A stretch of 64,000 nt of DNA from Octopus sinensis (GCF_006345805.1 NC_043005.1:66898001-66962000), one strand, 5' to 3'. Shown: positions 29,151-43,300, numbered from the stretch's first letter. Program-made: numbers and translations. Notes: generated by a model not told the origin, from the sequence alone.

Positions 29151-29557
29151 AAATCCTTAAAATCCTTAAAAATGTCTCAGCCCGAAGGCTGCGGCCATGC
29201 TGGGACACCACCGCTGAATGAGCTACACTAATATGTGAATCCACCTCTGATACGTGGCACTTGGCACTTTGTGAAGCAGAGATCCAGTATATTATTTGCC
29301 CTTGTTGGTTGCAGCACTATTTGCTCCATGAAAGAGGCATTTGTGAGATGGAGCAGGAACTCTGCCTGTGTCTGCTGATGGTGTGTCATCCCTGGGAGCA
29401 TATATATATATATATATATACGTACATAAATATATATTTATTTATTTAAACACACGCACACAAAAATTTATTTATGTATGTATGACGGTGCCCCAGCAAA
29501 TCCACCGACTAGTGACTGAAGGAAGCAAAATTTCGAAGATATGCACTTGTGTGTGTA

Positions 29558-29606
<49 letters not shown>

Positions 29607-29873
29607 CTGTCTGTGTTAATGGTTTCAGAGTTTGTGTTTCAGGCTTTAAATATTTATATGAACATATATGTAAGTTCGTGTAGGTTTCTTTGCAGACCTA
29701 CTCACGTACACTTCTGCAGTTGTAGATACAACTGGGTTAGCTTAAATATATATGCACGCAAATAAGTCTTTTTGCGGTAGTATATAGAAAGATACAAGTC
29801 TATATATCTGTCTATCTATCTATCCATCTATCTAGCTGTTTATCCATCTATATCTATCTATCTATATATCCAA

Positions 29874-29977
<104 letters not shown>

Positions 29978-30487
29978 TTATACAAATGTGCGTGTTTCTT
30001 TCTCTTGACACACACACACACACACACACAAGTGTATATGTGTATATATTGCTTAGAAACATGTGTACGTTTGAATTGCATATGCATATGCGTCTATCTT
30101 GTGCATTTTATTTAATATAATATTCTATTTCTCCTAAAATTTTATAGCTCTTTTGAACATTTTGGTTATCATATGACTCTTCAAAAGTAATCTTTGATTG
30201 AATATTCGATAACTAAGTTGTAACTTACAACTATATAAAAAGTGAAATTATGATATTTATGATATTGTAACTCCTTGCATACATCCTATGATCTTATGTC
30301 GTTTGTAACTCTGATGCATCATTTTACCTTTGTACTTGTTTTTACTTCGTATCTATCAATGACTTGTAGTGACGAGATATTTCGTTATGCAAAGATATTA
30401 TACTACAATGTATGCCAAAGATTTTTCTAAGTGAATGATGTTTACTACTATGTTAGCAGTGCCCTTAAATCCCGACTCAGGAATTCC

Positions 30488-30617
30488 ATTGGTACTTAAT
30501 TTATCGACCCAGAAAGAATGTAACGCAAAGTCGTCCTCGGCGGAATTTGAAACCAAGAACGTAGCGACGGACGGAATACTGCTAACTATTTCGTCCAGCG
30601 TGCCTCTGCCAGCTCAC

Positions 30618-30618
<1 letters not shown>
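30488..30618 (-). mobile_element. SINE family B, 5' part
   Basis: ggtacttaatttatcgaccc...gcaaagtcgtcctcggcggaatttgaaac...tctgccagctcacc is the reverse complement of the family B head. Confidence 0.8.
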
Positions 30619-30652
<34 letters not shown>

Positions 30653-30655
<3 letters not shown>

Positions 30656-31239
30656 GTCACTTGACCATTTAACACAACTACAATCATTCTACATGCATTC
30701 CTTCTTATTCTCCCTTCTCTTTCTCCTTCTTCTTTGTCTTCTTTCTTTCCGCCACCGCATTCTTAACTTTACCTCTATTGTTGTTTAGAATAACACCTAC
30801 GCAAATTTTATAAACAAAACATTCAAAAGAGATTTCTGAAGAATTAAATCACTATTACCATCCACAACCGGACACTTGACCATTTAACATACTACTATCA
30901 TGACACTCTCGCATTCATCTTCTTCTTCTTCTTCTTCTTCTTCTTCTTCTTCTTCTTCTTCTTCTCTTCTTCTTCTTCTTCTTCTTCTTCTTCTCTTCTT
31001 CTTCTTCTTTTTCTCCTCAACGACCTCGAACCCACAAGAGTAAACAAGAGAGACAGAGACAGGCAGAAACAAAGAAAATGCTCCTTGTATTTGAATAGTA
31101 TGGAAATATTCCTTTTAATGTTTCCAAAATTTAATTGTTTTCCATACTAAAAGTTGAAAATGTCTCAATGACTGAAGCCGGTGCTGAAATGTTTTTTATA
31201 AAATTAACTTAGCATGTTCTACCCTGACTTTTTTCCAAC
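30653..31239 (+). mobile_element. Penelope-like 3' UTR/pseudo-LTR fragment with internal duplication and (CTT)n
   Basis: Homologous to the 3' UTRs of the GIY-YIG-bearing copies at 17672 and 39750 (aacgacctcgaaccc..aagagtaaacaagagagacagagacaggcagaaac); duplicated cacttgaccatttaaca block at about 30658 and 30871. Confidence 0.75.
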
Positions 31240-32191
31240 ATATACATGTGTGTGTGGTGTGTGTGTGTGCGTGTACGTGTGTGTGAGTATGTGTGTGTTT
31301 GTGAGTGTGCGTGTGTAAATTCCATGGCATATTCTTAATGCATGTATTCTGCTCGTTCACTGGTACCGTGCAGTAGCGCCGTGGGGATGAGTTCCTCTAA
31401 GCGCTTGGTTTGAAAACACCTGGAAGCCATAGATGGGTGAGAGAACTCGCCCCTCTCCCCGTTCAGGAACGATAGATATCGATATTTAGCAATGTTTGTG
31501 GCTTATCAACATAACGTAGCTCAATCAAACCCGGGGCGAAGTCAATCGGCATTCTATGAGAATATGTATGATACTTTCTTTCCCATAGCGGGAACAAAAG
31601 TCTGGCGAAAACTGTGTCGGAATATAATGACGTTCTCGTATCCAGAAGATATTAACAAGTATATAACTACAGGAATAAATGTGTGACAAAATAAAAGCCA
31701 AAGAGATTATTAGATTTATGTTCATTCAGCATTAGACTACACTTGCTTCGGCTGTAAAGGATCCTGAACACAGTAGTGTGTGCCACTGTGATATTTTTTA
31801 GCTTCATAAAGAGATTGCATTTACCATTGGCTTGACAGTCATTTATTGCCATATGTAAAAAAAAATAACGTTGTGCTTCACTTACATGAGTCCTTTACAA
31901 GCACATAGATTTGTGTATATGTGTGTGTGTGTGTGTGCGTGTGTGAGCGCGTGTGTGTACGCGTGTGCGTCTGATGCGCGCGTGCGTATGTGTTTGATGG
32001 AAGGAAAAGTAAAAGAAATGTGCATATTGATATTTCTTATTCTCAGTATGAGTAAATGCGAATGTAATTTCATGTGGCACACATACACACACAAACGCAC
32101 ACACAAAAACACACACACATACACACATACACACAAATACACAAACACACACACACGCACCCACACATGTATATGTATAAGTGTGTGTGTT

Positions 32192-32223
<32 letters not shown>

Positions 32224-32320
32224 CTGGGCTTCTTCCTACCAAATCCATTCAGAAGACTTTGGTCAACCCGGGGCTATACTAGAAGACACTTTCCAAAAGC
32301 GCTAACCGGGAACTACATGG
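32224..32320 (-). mobile_element. SINE family A fragment
   Basis: Reverse complement of aagtgtcttctagtatagccccgggttgaccaaag...gatttggtag. Confidence 0.75.
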
Positions 32321-32389
32321 GGCTTCCGTTGGTTCACCAATTTTGGTAGGCCTTGCCTATGCTTTCACATCGAATACTTTTACAATATG

Positions 32390-32900
32390 CATGTTTGCGT
32401 TGAATTAGAAGTTTAATCAGAATTGTGGTTTCATTGATGTTTGTTTTATATATCCACTTTTGTTAGTTTCTTGTAAATTTTTCTTAGAGATACGGGTGGT
32501 AGTTTGGTAGAATCTATGTTGCTCGTTCTTATAGCTAGAGTATATTTCAGGAGAGCTTCTAGTGTAGGAATATCTTGTTTTGAAATCAGCAGGTTGAAAT
32601 TACTAAATATTTCTGTGAGGCGTTACTTCACGTTTTTATCCACAATTCTGACTACAACGACTACAACCATTAAAATCTGCACATCACCTTCAAGCAATCT
32701 ATGCATATTCGTATGTACAAGACGCCAGAATGAATGAATCACAATCAAACACACAACCGAAGGATACCAGGAACGTAGAGGTACAAAAGTCGATATACGT
32801 AAGCAAAATCCAGTGAAAACACATCTCTGAATTAAACTTCTGAATAAACAAAAACTTTCATATTGTAAAAGTATTCGATGTGACAACATAGTCAACATCT
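32390..32900. mobile_element. Heavily decayed Penelope-like coding relic with an internal inversion
   Basis: Minus part (32390-32650) reads RIVDKNVK*RLTEIFSNFNLLISKQDIPTLEALLKYTL, resembling the PLE RT C-terminus. Plus part reads ICTSPSSNLCIFVCTRRQNE, resembling the GIY-YIG N-terminus FTC.S.NLIY.ITC. Both similarities are weak and judged by eye. Confidence 0.4.
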
Positions 32901-33123
32901 TTCAAAATTGGTGAAAGAAACAAAAATGCCCAATCCTCCACAAAAAATTCCTCGTTAGAGAAAGAAAATGTAAAACGCTAGACGAGAAAAGGATACGTGC
33001 AAACTTAGCATTATGCGGCCTGTAAACAGAAATAACCTTGGTACGATCATGAAGGTATATATATACCTATGGCCTAGCGTGTAGAAAAAGTGGTCAATAG
33101 ACTATATATATTATTCATATAAA

Positions 33124-33373
33124 TACAGTGTATATTTAAACACATAAGCGGTATCCTTCATAGGATTCCTTTCGCGGTAGAACAGCTAAAGTCCAAACCA
33201 CTATTAGGGATAAAAACTCGAAGGGAATGAAAAATAATTACATTTACCATCTATTTCCTAGACCATAGTTTCTGACTTTCATTTAACAAAGGAAATAATT
33301 AGCTAGGCTGTTCCTTCTAGCGCGAAAGGAATCATATGAAGGATACCTCTTATGTGTTTAAACGGACCCTGTA
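33124..33373. mobile_element. Tc1/mariner-type MITE of about 250 bp
   Basis: About 55-bp inverted repeats tttaaacacataagcggtatccttcataggattcctttcgcg / cgcgaaaggaatcatatgaaggatacctcttatgtgtttaaa; ends tacagtg... / ...ccctgta at TA. Confidence 0.85.
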
Positions 33374-33389
33374 TATATATATATAATAT

Positions 33390-33505
33390 ATATATATAAT
33401 TTTGATATATATTTAAAATAATATAAATTGATTAATCTTATGTATTGGCTTAAGTTTTTTATTGTATGATTTGCCTAATAGTGGTTTTATCTCTAATTTA
33501 ATATA
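33390..33505 (+). mobile_element. 3'-terminal fragment of the 17.2-17.6 kb PLE-like family, inside (TA)n
   Basis: ttttgatatatatttaaaataatataaatt...gcctaatagtggttttatctctaatttaatat matches 17510-17615. Confidence 0.75.
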
Positions 33506-33517
33506 TATAATATATAT

Positions 33518-33570
<53 letters not shown>

Positions 33571-34153
33571 GTGTGTGTATTGGTGTCTATATATAAATCA
33601 GCCATACCTTCAGGGTTCTTTAGCCTTCATATTCGTAATCGTCATGAATTGTATCCCTGTGAGGTGTGTTTCAAGAATCCCATCTGAAAGTACAAATCAA
33701 TAAATAAATAGATATATCTACACAGAGACACACACTTCATACAAAAGAATATTTTTCATTTGCTTCATGCTTTGCCAGAATACTTCAGCTCCGTTTCCTA
33801 ACGCTCAAACATCAGAGACATATATATTCTGGCATTTTCTCCGATATCAATCGGAATTATTTTTAAAGTGCATATTATGTATCTGGAAGAAAAAATGTGT
33901 AAGTTCAGTTTCGGTTCGGAGATTTGGTTTCAGTCTTTGAGTTTAGGATTTTTGTTCCCGACTACCAATTTAATGGGAAAAGGAAACTGGAAGAGATTCA
34001 GGTTGTAATGTCTGTTATTTTTCTTTTCTATTGGATGTAGACTTTTAATACACAATGTCATGTCAAAGAAATCTAAAAAAAAAACTGGACGAAACATTCA
34101 CAGACTGAAATTTGTAGAGCCTTGTGTATTGATATAATCTACGTGTGTGTGTG

Positions 34154-34400
34154 TACATGGTTGGTTCCAAAACATCTGACAGTAAAATCAAAATTCCATA
34201 AATACTTAATGTTCAATTTTATTTATTCATTCCAATTACGAATATTTAATAATTGAATGGTGTGAGTTAAAAATCACCGTTCTTTTTAACATTTGTCTAT
34301 TTTGTTAGCGAAGTCTCATTCAGTTGTTAGACATAAATAAATCTTGGAATTAAATGGTTTTGAATTACTGTTAGGTGACATTTGACAAACCCTCTGTGTA
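34154..34400. mobile_element. Probable Tc1/mariner-type MITE
   Basis: Imperfect TIRs tacatggttggttccaaaacatctgacagtaaaatcaaaa versus reverse-complemented right end tacacagagggtttgtcaaatgtcacctaacagtaattcaaaa; TA termini. Confidence 0.55.
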
Positions 34401-34457
<57 letters not shown>

Positions 34458-34462
<5 letters not shown>

Positions 34463-35326
34463 ATCAATAAATATCCGGACAGTTGTCATACTAACGAACC
34501 TAAAGCACGCAGAGTGAACCGCGCTGGCCTTAGAACTTTGCTGTGCGCGCACACTATGTTTTAACTCTCTACCTCACTTCACTGCTTGGAAGGAAGGTGT
34601 GTAGCGTGTGATCCTCGCATTGAACATGACAGAGAAAGTTGAGTAAGAGAATCTGCACGAAATTTTGACTAAATCTTGGCGATACCGGCTCAGACGCCAA
34701 CGCAAATTTTTCAAAAAATTTTCATCGTTAACCATACAATCAAGGAGATCTGAGACTGAAAACCGAGTATTGTTTTGGTCATCTGAAAGCAGTTTTGGCA
34801 CAAACTTAGCAGACACGCGTCTCATACCCAGTTCTTCAGTGATAAGGGACTGAACTGTATCTTAACTAATCTGCATATATTCTGATAACTCACAGACGGT
34901 TCTTTGACGATTTCCCCTTACAGCTGAAAGCACAACTCAGATGTTTTTCTCAGTTCTGCTGGTTGCGGGTCTCCCAGAATTTTTCCCCAATAGCTACATT
35001 TTTTCAGCCATCTTGGAAACGCCTGAACCACTCTTACAGTTGTGTGCGACTTTTACACTCCTCCCCATAAACATTCTGCAATGTTGCGTCGTCCTCTTAA
35101 CAGGTATCACCATGAAAACTTTCTTTGTCATAGTCAATGCGACGATCAGACGCTACATACCTTGTTTTCAAGCAGTACTCTAAACAGCGTAAGTGAGCTA
35201 GAACGTTAAATCGTATTGCACATGGACGGAAGAGTTCATTGTCAATCTTTCCAAGCGGCTTCACTCTGCGTACTTTAGCGTCGTTACTATGACAACAGTC
35301 CGGCTACTTATTGATCAGATCTCGTA
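34458..35326 (-). mobile_element. Fold-back mariner derivative, copy 2 (both TIRs present)
   Basis: Left end gtctcatcaataaatatccggacagttgtcata matches the reverse complement of right end tatgacaacagtccggctacttattgatcagatctcgta. Minus-strand transposase N-half (MRRVSAKFVPKLLSDDQ...NDENFLK) is joined at about 34706 to an inverted 5' arm. Confidence 0.9.
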
Positions 35327-35432
35327 ATTTTGATTTTGAATTGCGCGTTGCCATCTTAATTATTTTGTACATACACACACACATACCTAACTACATACAT
35401 ACATGCATACATACATACATATATACATACAT

Positions 35433-35772
35433 CTGAGACCCACTTCGATCACGACACTGACCATGGGATTGAACCTAGAAAGTTCTCCTCCCAGGCACAA
35501 GTTCGGGTTAGGTTGTTTATGGAAAACCAGCAGCCGCTCGGGCATACCGGCTTCTTCTCTCCACGCCACCAGTGTTATCCAAAGGAAAGGCAAAGGCTGA
35601 TACATCTTGGCACCTGCGAGGTCGTAACTCATTTCTACAGCTTAGTGAACTAAAGCAACGTCAAATAAAGTGTCTTGCTCAAGAACACATCACGCAGCCC
35701 GTCCGAGATTCGAGCACACAACCTCACGATCGTAAGCTCGACACTCTAACCACTGAGCCATGCGCCTTCACA
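35433..35772 (-). mobile_element. tRNA-derived SINE, family C head with body type 3
   Basis: Minus strand tgtgaaggcgcatggctcagtggttagagtgtc...ctcgaatctc...gagcaagacactttatttgacgttgct, then an unrelated body (gtatcagcctttgcctttcc...). Confidence 0.8.
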
Positions 35773-36474
35773 TATGTATGTATATAAATACATACATACA
35801 TAGGAATTATAACACATTGGCCGGTTTATCTCTTTTGAAATGACTTTCACTGACTCCCATTTACATTGTTTTCCTGAATGTCAAGTAACAGCTAAAGAGG
35901 TAAAACAACCGTGTCTTCGTTACAGACACTACAAACATTGTGTCTGAAATATTAAATTTATTCAATCCACAATTATGATGAGTCTTATTCAACTAAACAC
36001 AATAATATTCCTCTTAACACAATAAACTTTCTTCTCTACTTCAGTTAGTAGTTTCTTTCCGATATTCCTTAATGGAACTTGTTATGTACATAAAATTTCA
36101 AGTACAATACAGCAAAATGAAAGTAAATATTTGCTACTTTTCTTTATGTACGCTCGAAAAGGTTTAAATGCAAGGTAGGACACTTAGGCTGAAATATAAT
36201 CTCACTTAAGAGAAAACTATTTCCTCCTTAATTGTGGCAGACTGCTGTCGTTTTGAAACCAACAAGGGGACAAATCTATGGACAATTAAAGCGTTATATT
36301 CATTGGTCACCATTTAATTCGTAATGTAGGGCACTTGAGAGTGAGCAGGTGAAAGTAGACACACCTTTTACAGTAACCATGTAGTGTTAAGAAATATTGT
36401 ACTTGAAGTACAAATATCCACCTCATACGCTCTATTACCCTGGTCTCTTATTATTTACTATAATCGTCTATATC

Positions 36475-36513
<39 letters not shown>

Positions 36514-36524
36514 AACAATACAAT

Positions 36525-36556
<32 letters not shown>

Positions 36557-36654
36557 GCAAACATACGTATACATATATTGCATATGCATGTGTGTGCATG
36601 AATGCTTATACATGCTCACATATATGTCAATATATATATATATGTATATGTACT

Positions 36655-36709
<55 letters not shown>

Positions 36710-37421
36710 TGTACAATTGTACATCATTGACTTTGTGTTCTGTCCATTATATTCTCAAATGTCTTCAATATTCCAACATCTCAAAGGCTGACTGTTTCAT
36801 AATACTATACTTAATGTCGATGTTACAGCTCCATATAGCAGAATAGAACACAAATAAAAGCTTTAATATCCATTCGCTGGTTTAGATATTAATGTTTCTT
36901 CATGTGAAAATGGTTTTCATTTTTTGAAATGAGTTTCTAGCTATCTCAATTATTCTTTTGATTTCAACTTCATATTCCCCGTTTGCTGATTGAATGTATC
37001 TCAGCTATATTATCTTTGGTGTCTGTTCACTTGGCTTCTCTCGATTGTTATAATTATTTTGGGTGACTGTTGTTTCATACTGATTACAAATCAGTTTCCT
37101 TTCGATGCATTATTTTCATCCCAGGGGACCTTCCTACATTCTTTGGAATGGAAAATGGTTTCGTCGATTCTGTTACTTAGGGTTACTGAACCTACCCAAG
37201 GGACGTAATACAGTGGAATAAATATCACAGTGTAAGCTTTCTTCGACTGAGAGATATATTGTTTTAGTTCTTTATTCCTTTGTCTTATACAAACATCCAT
37301 ACATGCGTACGTACATATATACATACATTCATACATACGTACGCACATACATACATAGTTACATATACTCAAACGGAACACACATATATTCCTATATTTT
37401 TACATGCATGTGTTGTATAAG

Positions 37422-37519
<98 letters not shown>

Positions 37520-37930
37520 GGCGCAGGAGTGGCTGTGTGGTAAGTAGCTTGCTAACCAACCACATGGTTCCGGGTTCAGTCCCACTGCGTGGCATCTTGA
37601 GCAAGTGTCTTCTGCTATAGCCCCGGGCCGACCAATGCCTTGTGAGTGGATTTGGTAGACGGAAACTGAAAGAAGCCTGTCGTATATATATATATATGTA
37701 TGTGTGTGTGTTTGCGTGTCTGTGCTTGTCCCCCTAGCATTGCTTGACAACCGATGCTGGTGTTTTTACGTCCCCGTCACTTAGCGGTTCGGCAAAAGAG
37801 ACCGATAGAATAAGTACTGGGCTTACAAAGAATAAGTTCCAGGGTCGATTTGCTCAACTAAAAAGTGATGCTCCAGTATGGCCGCAGTCAAATGACTGAA
37901 ACAAGTAAAAGAGTAAAAGAGTAAGAGTAA
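37520..37930 (+). mobile_element. SINE family A, full length; an older 3' remnant of the same family follows at about 37935-37992
   Basis: Closely similar to the 22447 copy; preceded by (TA)n. The downstream aagacagtactcgatcattgccgcagttgaataactggaacaaataaaatagt is a decayed second tail. Confidence 0.92.
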
Positions 37931-38023
37931 ATATAACACAAGACAGTACTCGATCATTGCCGCAGTTGAATAACTGGAACAAATAAAATAGTAAATATGT
38001 ACATTCATATGCATATACACATG

Positions 38024-38133
<110 letters not shown>

Positions 38134-38649
38134 TTATTTCAAACAGTTTTACCTGACTCCATGCGACTTAAAGTTTCATATATGTGTGTGTGTGTATTAT
38201 TATCGAAAGCAATATAAATAGTTGATAAAAACGGAAGCATTAATGGTTGCAGGCTTGCAAAAAAACCATCAAATAGCTAAAGAAAATTATATGAATTATA
38301 AGCACAAATTAAAGTGTCTACACGCAATAAATTAAAGTCGGAACCCTTATTTGGACAACAAAATAATTAACCCTGAAAGCAAGAGATTCAACAGTATACT
38401 AGCAGATCGAAAAGTTTCTCACGTACCAATATAGCATAAAGCTATATATTTAATGGTACAGGTATATATGGATGGGTTTCTGGTTTGATACAACACTCTT
38501 AAAGTCTTCAGCACATCTAACGTTTTGAAATACTTTCCGAATTTCTATGTTGAAATCTGTTGGCGTTTTTAATTGTTTAACGGCAGAATGCGGACAGCGT
38601 CAGCGTGACAAGTACTAAACAACAGATTTCTAGCGGATACACACTTTAA

Positions 38650-38850
38650 TGTGCCCTTATGATTGATCGCTAGCCACTAAACCATTTTTTTCTCTCTCTC
38701 TCTCTCCCTTTCTCTCGGTGTTTATTTCTGTTGAAGAGCGTAGGCTCGAAACGTAAAAGACTTCCTCACTTCTCGAGCGTGAAATTAATGCATTTGTTTG
38801 TTGTTTACACACTCGTCACTGTCTTTTGTTTTGTTTGTTTTATTTGTAAA
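38650..38850 (+). mobile_element. Non-coding repeat family H (gaagagcgtaggctcgaaacg), 3' fragment ending in (TA)n
   Basis: Homologous to 44700-44890 and 48930-49160; carries a hammerhead-like motif at 38724-38759. Confidence 0.75.
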
Positions 38851-38868
38851 TTCCAACTATATATATAT

Positions 38869-38904
<36 letters not shown>

Positions 38905-39800
38905 TCTTTTTCTTTGAGGCCACTAAGAATTAGTAGTTTATTTTCTTTCTTGTACTCGATAGCAAATTTCTGTAACGTAAATATAATTGGGGGGAGTCTA
39001 CAATATTCAGTACTTCACTATTTAATTCACTGGCGCAAATTTATAATAATCGTATAACTAGCTTTCTTTATATGTATATAATGATGTAAATATCCTGCTG
39101 AAAACTACTTAAAGTGTTAGACCATATAAGTTTAATAATGAACGTACTTTATAATACTATGCTACACTGCACTACTTTTAATAAGAATTTTCTTACTGGT
39201 TGTTTTTTTTTATTTCTATAGAAACATATCTTAGCGCAAATATTTATTTGTCGGGAATTGTGATACAAAACTGTGAAAAGCAATGCTATCATTTATGTAA
39301 CTTCCGATTTTTTTTTGTTTGCCTTTTAACACGAAATCACGAACAGCATCTTTGCTGATATCTATGACAACGAAATGTGATAATTCTTATTCTGTTTGAC
39401 GGTTATATATTGAAGGAGTTCATTCATGTGTTAGTACTTATCAATATTTGTTCGTTTATATGTTGACTAATCCGAGCAAGCAAACCATTCAAATTCAAGA
39501 AATGTATGTGCGCAACAATTATAAATTGATATGTCTTTAATCTAGTTCACCAGTTTAAATTTACCATTACATATCCCTGAGAATGGATTTATTTAAGACT
39601 TTTAGTGCATAATTTGTACTTAGTAAATATATATATGTAGGTGTGTGTGTGCGTGTGTGCGCGCGTGTGCGTGTGCCTGTATGTGTGATTGATACAGAGA
39701 GAGAAAGAGCGTCCATGTGTGTATGGCATATATATATATATATATATATGGAAAAAAAGTCAAGATAGAAAATGCTAAAATAATTTTATAAAAAACATTT

Positions 39801-39836
39801 CAGTAACGGTTTCAGTCATTGAGACTATTTCAACTG
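39801..39836 (-). ncRNA. Hammerhead-like motif with U3:A8 core in the PLE 3' repeat
   Basis: Minus strand cag-TTGAAAT-agtc-tcaat-gact-GAA-accgtt-A-ctg; helix I and II pair perfectly. Homologues at 31151-31186 (+) and 17729-17764 (-) have TTGAAAA. Confidence 0.55.
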
Positions 39837-40214
39837 TAACAATTAAATAATTAAATTTAGAAAAATTAAAAGAAAAGTTTTTTTAAAAGAATATTTGTAT
39901 AATGTTCAAATAGAAGTGGCATTTTCCATGTTTCTGCCTGTCTCTGTCTCTCTTGTTTACTTTTGTAGGTTCGAGGTCGTTGTGAATTCTTGGTAGGGAA
40001 GAAGAAGAAGAAAAAGAAGAAGGAGGGGGAGGGGAAGGCGATGAAGAAAAAGATTAAATTGGGAGTGCCATGATAGTAGTATTTTGATTGGTCAGTGTAT
40101 GGTACCAGTCGCTGTTCAATTCATGAAAATATTTCTTTAGAATATTTTGTTTATAGAATTTGTGTTGGTGTTATTCTAAAAAGCATTAGTGATAAAGTTA
40201 GGAAGGAGAAGAGG

Positions 40215-40251
40215 AATAATAATAATAATAATAATAATAAAAATAATAATG

Positions 40252-40334
<83 letters not shown>

Positions 40335-40360
40335 AAGAAGAAGAAGAAGAAGAAGAAGAA
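40215..40360. repeat. (AAT)n(AAG)n compound microsatellite inside the PLE 3' UTR
   Basis: Directly visible. Confidence 0.95.
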
Positions 40361-43300
40361 AGAGAAGGGAGAATAAGAATGTAGGTAGCGTGAAAGTAGT
40401 GAGGTGTTGACATAAAATTGGCACGTTTTGGATTACAGCAGTGATTGGGAATGTTTTTAATGAATTCCTGGGAATCTCTTGAGTGCATCATTTTTAATAC
40501 TTGCGTATGTATTTGTGTTATTCTAAGGCCGTGAATAATATGTCGTTTGTCGTAGACGCGTTCAGGAGGAGCCTGAATTTTGTAATAAAGAGAGTTTCTT
40601 TACTAATTCGTTGGCTCCAGGTTGTATCGTCCCTGAATTGGAAGAGGGGAAAAATTTTGAAGCTTGGATTTTTGTCGTTGGCGCAAATGTCTGTGTGTCG
40701 GCTGAATGCTATTTTATCTGTTTTGGGGACTTTTTATCTGGGATATGTGCAGGGCTTTTCTTTTAAGTAGACTATTTCTTGCTTAAATCACATCAGGGCA
40801 CCCCGCAACAACAAGGATCAACTACATAACAGCTACCATCCCAACCACCGCAATCATTTTTTAGACTCAATACGCAAACACAGAGACACAAGATATCACC
40901 AAACAGGCAGGAGGAACCAAAAGTGAGAAACTTATCAATCTAACTCAATACAGATTTATGCAAGAAACGTTTATTTAGCTGTTATTTTTAGCACATCTCA
41001 CAACTCCCTCAATAACAAAAATAAACGAGTAAACAAGTAGTTTTAAGTATTCAATATGCATATAATGCAGATGCGATGAACACCGTTACAAATTAAATAT
41101 AAAAAAAAAAGATTTTGTTGACCAGTTCATAAATTCTCATGCTCAATTGTCGACAGGTAAAACCAGTGGTTTCAAAATATTTATGAACACGTGTTTTCTC
41201 GCAGACAAAATACTCCTCATGTTCTGCTTGTTACTATGGAAACAAGCATGAATGTGTATGTGGCTTACGATTGGCTAAAATGACTGAAATTGTCAAACTT
41301 TTATTGCTAATTATTTATTTATTCATTTATAGTGAAAATGATTTTCACGTCATTCATTAGCCAATAAAAGTGTACCATTACACTGAATATGATATCATTT
41401 CGAACAGAATTGATGCTGGCATCCAAACGAACTAGATCCCAAATCTCTCTACTTGATGGCAATACTATTCACCCGTGATTAGAGAATAATAGCTTATGGT
41501 TAATGGCTAGAAACTGATGACCTAGTTCTGTATCAATGTCACATTGACCACGTTCCATCCTCTTATATTTTCTTCTTTTCGTTATCAATTGATTTGCTTT
41601 GGTCTTGACAAATATATCAATGTGAACGTGGTTCGCTCCATTTTCAGTCTATTAATTGATCGACATCGATTGATAAAATTGGACCATGAACGCACCCAAA
41701 TTTATATCTGAAATCGTTGTAAGCTTGTAACAAAGAACAACCCATTATTTTCGTCTATTTTATGTATCATCTTGTAAGAAAAATGCCATCCCGGATATAC
41801 GAATATAACTGGTGATGGACTTCGACATCGGCTTTCCACATCGATTTACCTGCAGCATGATAGGGATTACAACATATTTTTGTTAGCCTGGCGTGTTTTT
41901 ATCGGCAGAGCGATGGTTCAGACTCACTTATTAGTCCCCTTTTGAAAATGTTATACACAACACACACGCACACGCACATACAAATACACACACATATATA
42001 TATGTATCATCTTTTGTGCATGCTTAATAACTTAAGATGACGTTGATGGTGTCTAATGTCAGATGGTTAAATTATAATTTTCTGCCTCCCATAAACTTAT
42101 AAACGAATATATAGATGACATTATGCTTCAGTTATGTAATTCCGTTTGTTCCCTCCGCACTTCTCAATAACAGTATGGATAGCCTATACCTCCGATATAT
42201 TTAAACCTATCGACATCAAATTGTAATTGAGATGGAGGTTAATGTCTCTATGATAGCACGTTAGATTTTCAGTATATGTTAACCTTAGATCGTTTAAAAC
42301 TAAGTAATGTAATCCAGAAACATTATTTATTGGGGGGAAAAAAATTACAATAAACGTCTATGCTATAGAATTGCGCATCTCAATGATACCTTTTCCCCAT
42401 CTGGTTTACACATCGCTGTGGATTCTTTGAGCTGTTAATAAGCTATCTTAAATCTATAATAATTGCAAAACAAGTTATGTTTATTTCTAAACTTCCAATA
42501 TTTCTAACGATAATTTCATAAAAATACAGCGGTTATTCATTTCAATCTATTTATTCCTCCTTATTGAAAGTCTATATTTAACGTGTAAATCTATAACTCA
42601 TCAGAAACATGGAAGTATTAAGTCTAACAATAAGCATTATTCTAACTATATTAGTAAGCAATAGTATGAAAAGTAACTTATTTTTAATCTAAATACTGCT
42701 AGGCGCCTGGCTGACATGAAAAGATAATAATGTAAGCGACTACAACACTTATAATCCATACTACTATCATTATTATCGCATATGAAGAGACACAGGCATC
42801 ACCTACTAGACATCGCAGCCAAATACCTTGCAAATCACTCGTTGCTCTCATAAAGGATACATGTAACAGTATTGTCATGCATATATAGCAAAAATGTAAA
42901 GCCCAATCATTATGTCTGGAATACCTTCGTTCTTACATCTCAACCATCAGGGTTGACATGGAACTAAATGAGAATAATAGTTTGGAGACCTAAAAGTTTG
43001 ATTTTTTTTCTTTTTCGTATGAAACTTCAAAATTTTATTTACTTGTTACCAAAGGAACCTACAATGATTCGCTGGGATTCAGCATGTTAATTAATTCACT
43101 GATATGCCAATCTTAATAAAATTACTTGGGTTTAACATATAGCTTTATGTCCTAATGTTCGCCTTTTCAGTACTATGTTTCATAAGTAGTAACAAGAGGA
43201 GCTGCCATTCAATCCTTATCACTTCCTTTTTCGTTAGAGTAGAAAAAAATTATTTTAAATTACATTTTGTATCCGTTATTGACTCGCTAGATCTCTGATA

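Larger units (their letters stand above)
39750..40775 (-). mobile_element. Penelope-like element 3' fragment: GIY-YIG C-terminus plus duplicated 3' UTR with (CTT)n(ATT)n
   Basis: Minus translation FSRHTDICANDKNPSFKIFPLFQFRDDTTWSQRISKETLFITKFRLLLNAST...ALE*; ttagaataaca occurs twice; 3' end abuts (TA)n. Confidence 0.8.
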
